Origin: an uncultured Sangeribacter sp. | GTDB lineage: Bacteria; Bacteroidota; Bacteroidia; Bacteroidales; Muribaculaceae | Reading direction: 5' to 3' | Length of the DNA: 64,000 nt | NCBI GenBank assembly: GCA_964615915.1 | Contig: CAZTSQ010000002.1 | Location: 25,119 to 89,118 of the forward strand | Part shown: piece by piece, positions 31,753-40,238 of the stretch | How positions within the stretch are numbered: position 1 is the stretch's first letter | Layout: each line of letters starts with the position of its first letter | Notes under the pieces: generated by a model | What the model was told of the DNA's origin: nothing | The model's input: only the letters and a program-made list of their open reading frames with translations | Databases searched by the model: none | Program-made: the position numbers and the translations under genes

Positions 31753-32796
31753 ATGGCAGTCAAGATAAGTGAAATTCCGGTAGTCAAGTTCTTCTTGATT
31801 CTCGGTATAATATTGATTCACAGCAATGTGGCGATAAATCTTCCACCGCATTGCTGTGCTATGTTAGGCACTGAGCTCGTCAGATTCATCACTGTTGATC
31901 TGACGAGCGCTTGCGTGCCCTCTTTCCTTATCATTGCCGGCTACCTCTTTTTTGCCAATGTCGATTCCTTCAGGCCGAGAGATTATGGTCGAAAGCTGAA
32001 GAGCAGGGCCCATACTCTGTTGGTCCCTTATCTGTTCTGGAACGCGCTCTGTTGCGTGCTCCTTTACTTCAAGCAAAAGTATCTGGGTTTCCCAGGCTTG
32101 GGAGTCTTCGAAGGTGATTCGGTCAATGTTGCCAACCTTCTGAAAGGGTTCATCGCGTTGCCGAATGATTTCGGGATGCCTTATGCCTTTGCCTTCTGGT
32201 TCATACGGAACCTCATCGCGCTCGTGGTGGCCTCGCCGTTGGCTTGGTTGATTGGCCGGAAGTGGTGGGCGACTATTGCAGTGGTTATATTGGTCCAGAT
32301 GCTAAGGGTAAATGTTTTGGGTTTCCAATGGTTTGTGACCGGCGCCGCTCTTGCTTTACATCAAGTGAAGATCGGCCGTTGCCTCCTATCCGGTACTAAT
32401 CTGACGCTCTGCTGTGCCTTGTTTTTGGCCGGGGTTTTGACCAATACGTTGACGTCCACTCAGTTTGTCTTAGGGGGAGTGGTACATTATATTGCGGTCC
32501 TACTCTTTCTGGTTGTCATGATCAATTTGGCGGGAATGATGCGAAGCCTCGATAACACAAGGTTCGGGAAACTATTGCTTCAGTCGACCTTTTTCCTCTA
32601 TGCCTTCCATCAGACCTTTGTCTCGGTAACAAGAAAGTTTGCCGTGAAGGTTTGCGGCTATAATCATGATTGGCAGATAGTCTGCGCGATGCTCCTGAGC
32701 TTCGTTATCCTGGCAGGGGTCTCTTTTTGTGTTTATTTGGTACTTCTTAAAATCTGTCCCCGGTTCCTTACCTTTGTAACCGGAGGGCGATCATAA
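31753..32796 (+). CDS. Acyltransferase-3 (OafA-like) membrane O-acyltransferase
   Basis: IILIHS, VPSFLIIAGYLFF, KSR..TLLVPYLFWN, FWFIRNLI, TFFLYAFH; many TM segments. Confidence 0.85.
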   Translation: MAVKISEIPVVKFFLILGIILIHSNVAINLPPHCCAMLGTELVRFITVDLTSACVPSFLIIAGYLFFANVDSFRPRDYGRKLKSRAHTLLVPYLFWNALCCVLLYFKQKYLGFPGLGVFEGDSVNVANLLKGFIALPNDFGMPYAFAFWFIRNLIALVVASPLAWLIGRKWWATIAVVILVQMLRVNVLGFQWFVTGAALALHQVKIGRCLLSGTNLTLCCALFLAGVLTNTLTSTQFVLGGVVHYIAVLLFLVVMINLAGMMRSLDNTRFGKLLLQSTFFLYAFHQTFVSVTRKFAVKVCGYNHDWQIVCAMLLSFVILAGVSFCVYLVLLKICPRFLTFVTGGRS

Positions 32797-32807
32797 AGCT
32801 TTTTGGA

Positions 32808-33494
32808 ATGAAATCAAGATACTCAAGAAACACTATGGTAATCGGTGATGAGGGTCAGCAACGTCTCCTCGAGAGTAGGGTGCTGATAATTGGTTGCGGC
32901 GCTTTGGGTAGCCCTGCGGCAATGTATCTTGCCGGAGCGGGTGTCGGCACGATAGGACTCGTTGATTTCGACACCATTGACCCGACCAATCTTCAGCGCC
33001 AGCTTTTCTATCGGGAAGATGAGGCCGGGAAATCTAAGGCTCATACCTTAGCCTCGAGAATAGCGGCACTCAATTCTGAAATTGAGGTGAAAGTACACGA
33101 ATGTCTCTTGACCGAAAAGAATGGCCGGGATATCATCTCCGACTACGATTTCGTGATTGAGGCTACGGATAATCCGGCTTCTAAATACCTGATAGACCGA
33201 CTCTGTTTCGAGGTAGGCCGGCCCGTGGTAATAGGAGGCGTTTCCGGAATGCAGGGTCAGGTGACTACTTTTGCCCCGGGTCACATGCGCTTCTCAGACT
33301 TCTTCCCGGTTCCTCCCGAGGAGCAGGGTGTCCTTCCATGCGCGGTGAATGGCGTTCTCGGTCCTGCCGCCGGAGTCATATCGTCTATCCAAGCCTCAGA
33401 AGCCATCAAATATCTATCCGGTTTCGGAACGCCGCTTATTGACCGGCTGCTTACGGTTGATTTGGGGTCGGATAGGTTCCTTCTTATTGAGTGA
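32808..33494 (+). CDS. thiF: ThiF/MoeB/HesA-family adenylyltransferase
   Basis: RYSR, GCGALG, DFDTIDPTNLQRQ, ATDN, LPCAVNGVLG. The thiF assignment is inferred because the thi cluster lacks one. Confidence 0.75.
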   Translation: MKSRYSRNTMVIGDEGQQRLLESRVLIIGCGALGSPAAMYLAGAGVGTIGLVDFDTIDPTNLQRQLFYREDEAGKSKAHTLASRIAALNSEIEVKVHECLLTEKNGRDIISDYDFVIEATDNPASKYLIDRLCFEVGRPVVIGGVSGMQGQVTTFAPGHMRFSDFFPVPPEEQGVLPCAVNGVLGPAAGVISSIQASEAIKYLSGFGTPLIDRLLTVDLGSDRFLLIE

Positions 33495-33512
33495 TAACTA
33501 CTTAAGTTCTTC

Positions 33513-33604
33513 TCATACCGGCTGGAAGCCGGCGCTACTGCGTGCGATGACAATACCGGCTGGAAGCGGCGTCCAATCGGGAGCGCCTGCTTCCAGCCGG
33601 TATT
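33513..33604. repeat. REP-like family A cluster (BIME-like)
   Basis: TACCGGCTGGAAGCCGGCGCTAC (reverse complement starts GTAG plus palindrome) at 33516-33538, plus inverted pair AATACCGGCTGGAAGC (33552-33567) / GCTTCCAGCCGGTATT (33589-33604). Confidence 0.8.
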
Positions 33605-33637
33605 AAAAGGAGTGTTTCGTCGTGAGCTAATTAAGGC

Positions 33638-35137
33638 TTATCCGCAGTGCCAGGACTTCTTGACGACCTTCATCATCTCTGTCGGCGAGCCTTCGACTTT
33701 GCGGCGAAGGTTGGCGTCGTCGTGCTTGCGGAGCTTGGCGATTACGCCGTCGATCATCTCGGGTGAGAAGACACCGTCTTTCTCGAAGTCGGCGCGCTTC
33801 TTTGCGAGTGCCTCGGCCGAAGCGACGCAGCTGTCGGGCAGTGACTCGAGCGATTCGAGTTTCTCCTTGTTCTCGTCGTTGTGGATGTTGACGTTGACAT
33901 ACATTGCCTCGGCGCGCTCGAGTGCGTTTTCGATCTCGAAGCCTGTGCGGGCTGCGACAACCATGCCGGCGATGAGCTGGTAGATGTCGGCTGAGCAGTC
34001 GGCAGAGCGGAGCTCGGCAGTCTGTTTCTGCGGTGCCTCAACATCATCGGCACCCTCGAGAGGATTGGCCTGTGAGCACATGTCAACCTCTCCGGTCCAG
34101 CCGAGGGGTACGCGAACGAGAACCGAACGGTTGCGGTCGCCCCAGCAGATTGAAGTGGGAGCCTCCTGATGAGGAACGAGGCGGAAGTATGAGGTCGGTA
34201 CCTTGTTGCCGAAGGCGGTGATGGCGTCGGCGTGGTCGAGTATACCGGCGATGGCCTTCTTGGCTACGTCGCTCAGCTTGCCGTCTACGGTCATCATATT
34301 CTGCCCGTCCTTCATAATCTTGAAGTGGATGTGGAGACCCGAACCTGCCTTTCCGGCGGTGATCTTCGGCGCGAAGGTCACGTCATATCCGCGACGCATG
34401 GCGGCGGTGCGGATAACCCACTTGGCGATCATCAGGTTGTCGGCAGCCTCCTGTGCGGGGATCGGGAGGAACTCGATCTCGTTCTGCTCATAGATGTGAC
34501 CGTCGAGAGTGAAGTTGCCTACCTCGTTGTGGCCATATTTGATCTGACCGCCGGCCTGGGCGATCAGGTGCATGCACTCAACTCGGAAGTCGTTGAACTT
34601 GGCGTAGGGGGAAGACTCGTGATAGCCCTTCTGATCGCGTGCGGCGAAGAGGCCGTTGTCTTCGGAGATTACATAATATTCGAGCTCACCCATTGCGTAG
34701 AACTCCATGCCGGTAGTCTTGCGGAAAGACTCGCAGGCCTTGCGCAGAGTGTATTCGGGCGACGATTCGAGGGGACGACCTTCCTTATTGAAGAAGGAGG
34801 CGAGCATCGTCAGAGTCGGGATCTCGGCGAAGGGATCGACGAATGCGGTCGAATAGCGGGGAATGACATAGAGGTCGCTGTTTCCGGCTTCGATGAAAGG
34901 GAAGAGCGACGAACCGTCGACACGTTCACCATAGGTGAGGATCGACTCCAGATAGTCTTCGGAGTTGATCACGAAGTTGAGGGTCTTCAGACGGTTGTCA
35001 TCGGCGGGATACATGAAATTGACCATCCGGATACCGTTTTCGCGGATAAAGCGGATGATGTCGGCCTTGCGGAATTCAGCCGGCTCTTTGCCGAGGAACT
35101 GAACCACCGGATTCGGGCTCATATTCACGTTTGACAT
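33638..35137 (-). CDS. glnA: Glutamine synthetase (type I family)
   Basis: VDGSS, ELEYY, HNEVG..EQNEIE, FAPK..GKAGSGLHIH, SYFRLVPHQEAP, NRSVLVRVP, ELRS. Confidence 0.93.
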   Translation of the reverse strand: MSNVNMSPNPVVQFLGKEPAEFRKADIIRFIRENGIRMVNFMYPADDNRLKTLNFVINSEDYLESILTYGERVDGSSLFPFIEAGNSDLYVIPRYSTAFVDPFAEIPTLTMLASFFNKEGRPLESSPEYTLRKACESFRKTTGMEFYAMGELEYYVISEDNGLFAARDQKGYHESSPYAKFNDFRVECMHLIAQAGGQIKYGHNEVGNFTLDGHIYEQNEIEFLPIPAQEAADNLMIAKWVIRTAAMRRGYDVTFAPKITAGKAGSGLHIHFKIMKDGQNMMTVDGKLSDVAKKAIAGILDHADAITAFGNKVPTSYFRLVPHQEAPTSICWGDRNRSVLVRVPLGWTGEVDMCSQANPLEGADDVEAPQKQTAELRSADCSADIYQLIAGMVVAARTGFEIENALERAEAMYVNVNIHNDENKEKLESLESLPDSCVASAEALAKKRADFEKDGVFSPEMIDGVIAKLRKHDDANLRRKVEGSPTEMMKVVKKSWHCG

Positions 35138-35343
35138 TCTTTTTGAGTTTTTCTTGATTGGTTAGATTAGATGAACTGAAGAGGAAGAGAGGAGAGGAGA
35201 TAGTTAAGCCTCTCTCGAAAGAGACGAGTCTTCAAAAAGAAGAGAAGAGCGGGAGAGAGTGAGGAAGAGGAAGAGGCGTCAGATTTTAAGGTTAAGGGAC
35301 GAAACGACCCTGAAGTTGTCAAAAGGTTTTTCTTTCGACACCG

Positions 35344-35375
35344 CAAAGATAGCATGAAAACCCCAACCCGCCAAA
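35344..35375 (-). promoter_or_regulatory. Canonical Bacteroidetes promoter of glnA
   Basis: Minus strand TTTG-N20-TATCTTTG; implies a 5' leader of about 200 nt. Confidence 0.75.
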
Positions 35376-35416
35376 ATGTTTAACAACATACCCCAACGGC
35401 ACTACTCTACAACCTC

Positions 35417-36982
35417 CTAAAGCTGTTCGGATTTCCAGTCGTCGATGCGGCGTTTTTCGGACGAGTAGTTGATGCCGACGGCGATGACCGTGCGGTGGTC
35501 GACGCTCCAGGGCAGAGCGTATTCCTTGCGCTTGATCTGGTCGAGGGCTTCTTCCGCAGTATGATCGAACTTCAGCTCCATTATATAAACGTAGTCGGGA
35601 GTGCGCACAAGAATGTCGATTCGTCCGTCAAAGGTCCGGTATTCCGCTTCGGCCATCATCCTGACGAGCTTAAAAACGATAAACAGAGCGTTGCGGACAT
35701 CCCTCTCCTGGTCTATCTTCAGATCATAAGACAGTCCGGCAAACAACGACTGGAGCCGTTTCATGGCCTCCTCAACATTCCCTTTTCTGAAAGCCATCAC
35801 GAGCTCTTTGATAAACTGCATTGAGCTTTGGTTGTGAAGAGAAGCATAATATGGTAGGATTGATTTATAGAATCCCTCCGTAACTTCCTCGTTGGGGTAG
35901 CCCAACTTAAAGAGTTTGCTTTCTTCATCGTAGCCCTTGAGAGTAAGATAGCCGGTCTGGTAGAATAGTGCGACTGGATCCATGTGTTCAAACGAAAGCC
36001 CGGAAAGATCAATGGCCTCCCTCTCAGCCAAAGGAACGGATTCAAGATCCATGTGCCTTCTCTTTAGTTGCGAGACAAGAAGGGAAGGTGTACCCGTAGT
36101 GATCCAATAACTGCCGAATTCATTGTCATCAAAAGTATTCAGAAGTGAATACGGATTATAGATATCCGGACACCTTAATGTAAAATGATAACCGTCATAT
36201 CTCTTTTTGAGCATTGAGACAGTTTCTTCTCTCGATTTCCCTTGCGCTTCCGAGAGGATGGTAATACTCTGATCGAAATTCTCGTAAAGCTCGGTCTCTG
36301 TTATACCACAGATAGCGGCGAATTTTTCGTTGAAGGAGATATCCTTGATATTGTTGAGTCCGGAGAATACGCTTAGTTTCCCGAAGCGGGAGACTCCGGT
36401 GAGAAAAACCAATCTGATATAGTCTGCGGCACTCTTGAAGGTTGAATAAAGAGCGGCCAGCATTTCGCGGTACCTCTCAAATCGCCCCTCGTCATGCAGG
36501 TTTTTGACCAGTGGCTTATCGTATTCGTCAACAAGGATCACGACATTTTTGCCAGTCCTTTCTTGAACTGTGCGGATGACTGTTTTAAACCTTAAGCCGG
36601 GTTCATCTACTACGGGCTTGATATCGTATTTTGTCTCCCAATCGTGAAGATGATATTCTATTATCCTTTCAAGTGCCCCATCGACAGTATAATCTGTGTT
36701 ATTGAGATCCAGCAGCAGGACGGGATACGGTTCCCAATCCCAATCGATTGTATCGAGATAGAGGCCCTTGAACAGGTCGCGCCTTCCTTCAAAGAAGCAC
36801 TCCAGAGTGGACAGAAACAGGCTTTTCCCGAAACGGCGAGGACGTCCGAGAAAGTAATATTTTGTCCCTTTGGCTATCATTTCGACATAACGAGTCTTAT
36901 CGACATATAGCCAATTACCTTTGCGGATCTCCTCGAATGATTGCTCGCCCACGGGATAATTGATCTCTCTGTTCATAGTCAT
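35417..36982 (-). CDS. AAA-ATPase-like plus PD-(D/E)XK nuclease protein (paralog 1)
   Basis: YPVGEQSF, YVDKT, RPRRFGKS (Walker A), LVDEYD (Walker B), YDGYHF, C-terminal GRIDIL..IMELK. -7 box TAACTTTG at 37000-37007. Confidence 0.92.
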   Translation of the reverse strand: MTMNREINYPVGEQSFEEIRKGNWLYVDKTRYVEMIAKGTKYYFLGRPRRFGKSLFLSTLECFFEGRRDLFKGLYLDTIDWDWEPYPVLLLDLNNTDYTVDGALERIIEYHLHDWETKYDIKPVVDEPGLRFKTVIRTVQERTGKNVVILVDEYDKPLVKNLHDEGRFERYREMLAALYSTFKSAADYIRLVFLTGVSRFGKLSVFSGLNNIKDISFNEKFAAICGITETELYENFDQSITILSEAQGKSREETVSMLKKRYDGYHFTLRCPDIYNPYSLLNTFDDNEFGSYWITTGTPSLLVSQLKRRHMDLESVPLAEREAIDLSGLSFEHMDPVALFYQTGYLTLKGYDEESKLFKLGYPNEEVTEGFYKSILPYYASLHNQSSMQFIKELVMAFRKGNVEEAMKRLQSLFAGLSYDLKIDQERDVRNALFIVFKLVRMMAEAEYRTFDGRIDILVRTPDYVYIMELKFDHTAEEALDQIKRKEYALPWSVDHRTVIAVGINYSSEKRRIDDWKSEQL

Positions 36983-37374
36983 GTTGGCTTTTCTTCCTAC
37001 AAAGTTACAAATTTTTCTTGACTTTTCCTCCTTCTCAGGCGTGATACACCACTAACCGGCAAGCAGTCTCGCCTTCCAGGCGGTGACCACAAGGGTAAAA
37101 ACTCCTTCTACGTCAGAATATTAATTGGTATGTAAAATTTAGAGAAAAAGGCCCTTGAAGCCTTTTCTGAGCGCAAAAATAAGTCAAATTATTTTATACC
37201 GCAAGTTTTTGGGCCAAAAAAGAGCCAAATGGAGTCGATTTTAACATTTTAAGCTACAAACTAAACGGTATTTAATAGGGTTGAGCTGTGGAATTCCGAT
37301 TTGGAGATGAGCGCTAGAATGACTAAATTTGTTGGCAAATCAAGTCGATTCCGACTATTGAAGAGTCTTTTGCC

Positions 37375-37986
37375 ATGCCGAAGAAAAACAACCGACAGGA
37401 AACACTATATCATGCCGCCTTCAAGCTGTTTCTGCTCCATCAGTTTAAGGGGGTGTCTCTCAAACAGATTGAAGAGGAGGCGGGGATGACTCGCGGAGCG
37501 ACGTTCTACTACGCCAAGAACAAGATGGATCTTTATCGGAAGGTGGTCAAGCACTATTGGATCGATCGTCAGGACTTGACAAAGAAGATGAACGTCAACC
37601 CCGAGACACTTAGGGAGTTTATCGTGGAGTACACGGCGGCGATCGGTAAGTCAATGAGCGGGCTTCACTCTCTTCTTGTCGGGTGTACGGTTCAGGAGGC
37701 GAGCCAAGCGTATCTGTCTTTTCTGATGCAGCTGAGGGAGACGGCTCCCGACCTACACGACGAGTATCTGTCGAACCGCACCAACGAGCTGTTTATCTGG
37801 AACGACATCCTGAGGGAGGCGAAGAAGAGGGGGGAGATCGCGGAGTCGGTCGACACCTACGCCTTCGCCCAGATGTTTGTCTACATCTTCTACGGCCAGA
37901 CCTTTTGGGAGGCGCTCGATAACGGCCTGAACGTCGACCTCCTCCGCCGCAACTACCTCAAGCTCTACGACGCCATCAAGGCGTAG
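37375..37986 (+). CDS. TetR/AcrR-family transcriptional regulator
   Basis: N-terminal HTH AFKLFL..FKGVSLKQIEEEAGMTRGATFYYAKNKMDLY. -7 box TAAATTTG at 37324-37331. Confidence 0.9.
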   Translation: MPKKNNRQETLYHAAFKLFLLHQFKGVSLKQIEEEAGMTRGATFYYAKNKMDLYRKVVKHYWIDRQDLTKKMNVNPETLREFIVEYTAAIGKSMSGLHSLLVGCTVQEASQAYLSFLMQLRETAPDLHDEYLSNRTNELFIWNDILREAKKRGEIAESVDTYAFAQMFVYIFYGQTFWEALDNGLNVDLLRRNYLKLYDAIKA

Positions 37987-38011
37987 CGGCAAACGCCGGT
38001 AGCCACTGCAT

Positions 38012-38035
38012 GTACCGCAGGCGTCCCCGCCTGCG
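38012..38035 (+). repeat. Single REP-like palindrome (family C) between convergent tetR and AAA paralog 2
   Basis: GTAC followed by CGCAGGCG-tccc-CGCCTGCG; no U-tract. Confidence 0.5.
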
Positions 38036-38060
38036 CGGCAAGTGCTTAATAGCTAAAGGG

Positions 38061-39623
38061 TTAGTAGCGCTCGGAGAGCCACGAGTCGATGCGTCGTTTC
38101 TCGAACGAGAAGTTGATACCGACAGCGATGACGGTGCGATGGTCCACCGACCAGGGTAGTTGGTATTCCTTGCGTTTAATCTGGTCGAGAGCCTCCTCTG
38201 CTGACTTGTCGAACTTCAGCTCCATGATGTAGACATAGTCTGGGGTGCGGACAAGGATGTCAATACTGCCGTCTGAGGTGTGGTATTCTGCGTCGGCCAT
38301 CATCCTAACCAACTTGAAGACAATGAACAGAGCGTTGCGGACATCCCTCTCCTGGTCTATCTTCAGGTCGTACGACAGGCCTGCAAACAGCGACTGGAGC
38401 CGTTTCATCGCCGCGTCAATGTCACCGCGCATGAATTCCCTGACAAGTTCGGTAATATAGCTCAAAACCTTCTGTCTCTGGAGAGTTGAGTAATAGGGGA
38501 GAATGAATCGGTAGAAACCCTCCGAAACTTCTTCGTTGGGGTAGCCGAGTCTGAAGAGGCCCGATATTTCATCAACGCCTTTGATGGTCAGGTAACCTGT
38601 TTGATAGAAAAGCGCTACCGGATCTACACTGTCAAGATCCAGACCCGAAAGGTCGGCAGTGTCTCCCGAGGCTGGTACGAGTTCGGTCAGATCCGTATGG
38701 TCACGTTTCAGTTGCTCAGCGAGAATCGTCGGAGCTCCTGAATCAATCCAATAGTTACGGAACTCTCTTTTCGTGAAAGTCTCCAAAAGCGAGTAGGGAT
38801 TGTATATATCGGGTGAAATCCTTGCGAAATGGTAGCCGTCATATCGACGTTTGAGTTTGGCGACCATTGAATCGCGATCCATCCCATACTCTTCGGCAAG
38901 ATCGGATATTCCCGGGCCGAAATACTCGAAGAGCTCCGTCTCAGTAATACCGCAGATGCCTGCGTACTTATTGTCGAACGAGATGTCTGATATATTGTTG
39001 AGGCCCGAGAAGACGCTCAGCTTTCCGAAGCGGGTGACACCTGTAAGAAAGACTAAATTGATGTACTCGGCTGAGCTCTTGAAGTTCGAGTAAAGGCCGG
39101 CGAGCATTTCGCGATACCGTTCGAATCGATCTCTGTCGTGCAGGTTCTTGATCAGAGGTTTGTCGTACTCGTCAACAAGAATTACAACCGGTTTGCCCGT
39201 CCTTTCGCTTAGAACACGGATAATGTTCTTAAAGCGTTGGGAGTGGTCGGTAACACGAGGAACAATGTCATATTTTTCTTCCCACTCCAGAAGTTGGTTC
39301 TCAATTAAGGCTTCCAAGGCACCGTCAACCTTATAATTGGCGTTATTGAGATCGAGAAGCAATACTGGTTGCGGTTCCCAGTCCCAATCAATCGTGTCAA
39401 TATACAAACCCTTGAAAAGTTCGCGCTTTCCCTCAAAGAAGCACTTTAGGGTGGTTAAGAAGAGACTCTTCCCGAACCGTCGGGGGCGTCCGAGAAAGTA
39501 ATATTGACCCCCGCTGTCAATTAACTGTTCTATATATTTGGTTTTGTCTACATACAGTCTCTCTCCTTTGCGTAGGCGCTCAAAGGATTGTTGACCAACG
39601 GGATATTTTACGGTGCTCTTCAT
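38061..39623 (-). CDS. AAA-ATPase-like plus PD-(D/E)XK nuclease protein (paralog 2)
   Basis: Same motifs as paralog 1. Start set at MKSTVKY, downstream of -7 box TACTTTTG (39645-39652). Confidence 0.92.
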   Translation of the reverse strand: MKSTVKYPVGQQSFERLRKGERLYVDKTKYIEQLIDSGGQYYFLGRPRRFGKSLFLTTLKCFFEGKRELFKGLYIDTIDWDWEPQPVLLLDLNNANYKVDGALEALIENQLLEWEEKYDIVPRVTDHSQRFKNIIRVLSERTGKPVVILVDEYDKPLIKNLHDRDRFERYREMLAGLYSNFKSSAEYINLVFLTGVTRFGKLSVFSGLNNISDISFDNKYAGICGITETELFEYFGPGISDLAEEYGMDRDSMVAKLKRRYDGYHFARISPDIYNPYSLLETFTKREFRNYWIDSGAPTILAEQLKRDHTDLTELVPASGDTADLSGLDLDSVDPVALFYQTGYLTIKGVDEISGLFRLGYPNEEVSEGFYRFILPYYSTLQRQKVLSYITELVREFMRGDIDAAMKRLQSLFAGLSYDLKIDQERDVRNALFIVFKLVRMMADAEYHTSDGSIDILVRTPDYVYIMELKFDKSAEEALDQIKRKEYQLPWSVDHRTVIAVGINFSFEKRRIDSWLSERY

Positions 39624-39698
39624 ATCGGTAACGTTTTCTGTCTGCAAAAGTAACGAAAACTTTACAGATTTCCAAAGGACTTAACTTCCTGCTTTCGT

Positions 39699-39837
39699 TA
39701 CCGGCTGGAAGCCGGCGCTACTGCCGGGTCTCTTCGTACCGGCTGGAAGCCGGCGCTACTGCCGGGTCTCTTCATACCGGCTGGAAGCCGGCGCTACTGC
39801 CGGGTCTCTTCGTACCGGCTGGAAGCCGGCGCTACTG
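39699..39837. repeat. Tandem array of REP-like family A, 38-bp period, about 3.7 copies
   Basis: Unit TACCGGCTGGAAGCCGGCGCTACTGCCGGGTCTCTTC(G/A) starts at 39699, 39737, 39775 and 39813 (partial). Confidence 0.92.
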
Positions 39838-39848
39838 ATGGGGTAACT

Positions 39849-39874
39849 GAACCGAGAGGGGAGGGGGGTTGTTA
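39849..39874 (+). promoter_or_regulatory. Putative ECF-sigma promoter of trxA
   Basis: GAAC-N17-TGTTA(TAG). Confidence 0.6.
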
Positions 39875-39908
39875 TAGAGATAAACACAATCTTAAGAAAG
39901 GAAATACT

Positions 39909-40211
39909 ATGGAAAAATTTGATGAAATCATTCAGTCTCCGACTCCGGTGCTTGTGGACTTCTATGCCACATGGTGCGGTCCGTGTAAAATGATGCATCC
40001 CCAGCTCGAACGTCTTCATGAGATGATGGGCGATCAGGTCCGCATTCTGACTGTTGATGTCGACAAGAATCAGGCTCTCGCCGAAAAATACATGATCCAG
40101 AGCGTTCCGACTCTGATGATCTTCAAGAACAACAAGCTCGAGTGGCGCGGCTCCGGCGTTCACAATGCCGAAGACCTTAAACGTCTTCTCGAAGCCTATA
40201 TCAACGGGTAA
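39909..40211 (+). CDS. trxA: Thioredoxin
   Basis: VDFYATWCGPCK, VDVDKN, IQSVPT. Confidence 0.97.
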   Translation: MEKFDEIIQSPTPVLVDFYATWCGPCKMMHPQLERLHEMMGDQVRILTVDVDKNQALAEKYMIQSVPTLMIFKNNKLEWRGSGVHNAEDLKRLLEAYING

Positions 40212-40238
40212 GTCGTTCGGAAGACCAACCCTAACTAT

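Noticed and set aside
33270-33494. ThiF pseudogene or truncation (no zinc CxxC motifs, REP right after the stop)
   Set aside because: Intact 228-aa ORF with nucleotide-binding motifs and the conserved Cys; I recall zinc-less versions being common in Bacteroidetes.
35167-35355. 62-aa leader peptide upstream of glnA
   Set aside because: Its ATG lies upstream of the -7 box, so it would not be on the transcript. It is low-complexity and not Gln/Glu-rich.
39699-39837. Possible CRISPR array
   Set aside because: The intervening 13-bp segments are nearly identical and far too short to be spacers, and there are no cas genes. It is a tandem repeat.
39858-39868. Phase-variable poly-G in the trxA promoter spacer
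   Set aside because: The longest run is only G6, too short to support high-frequency slippage.
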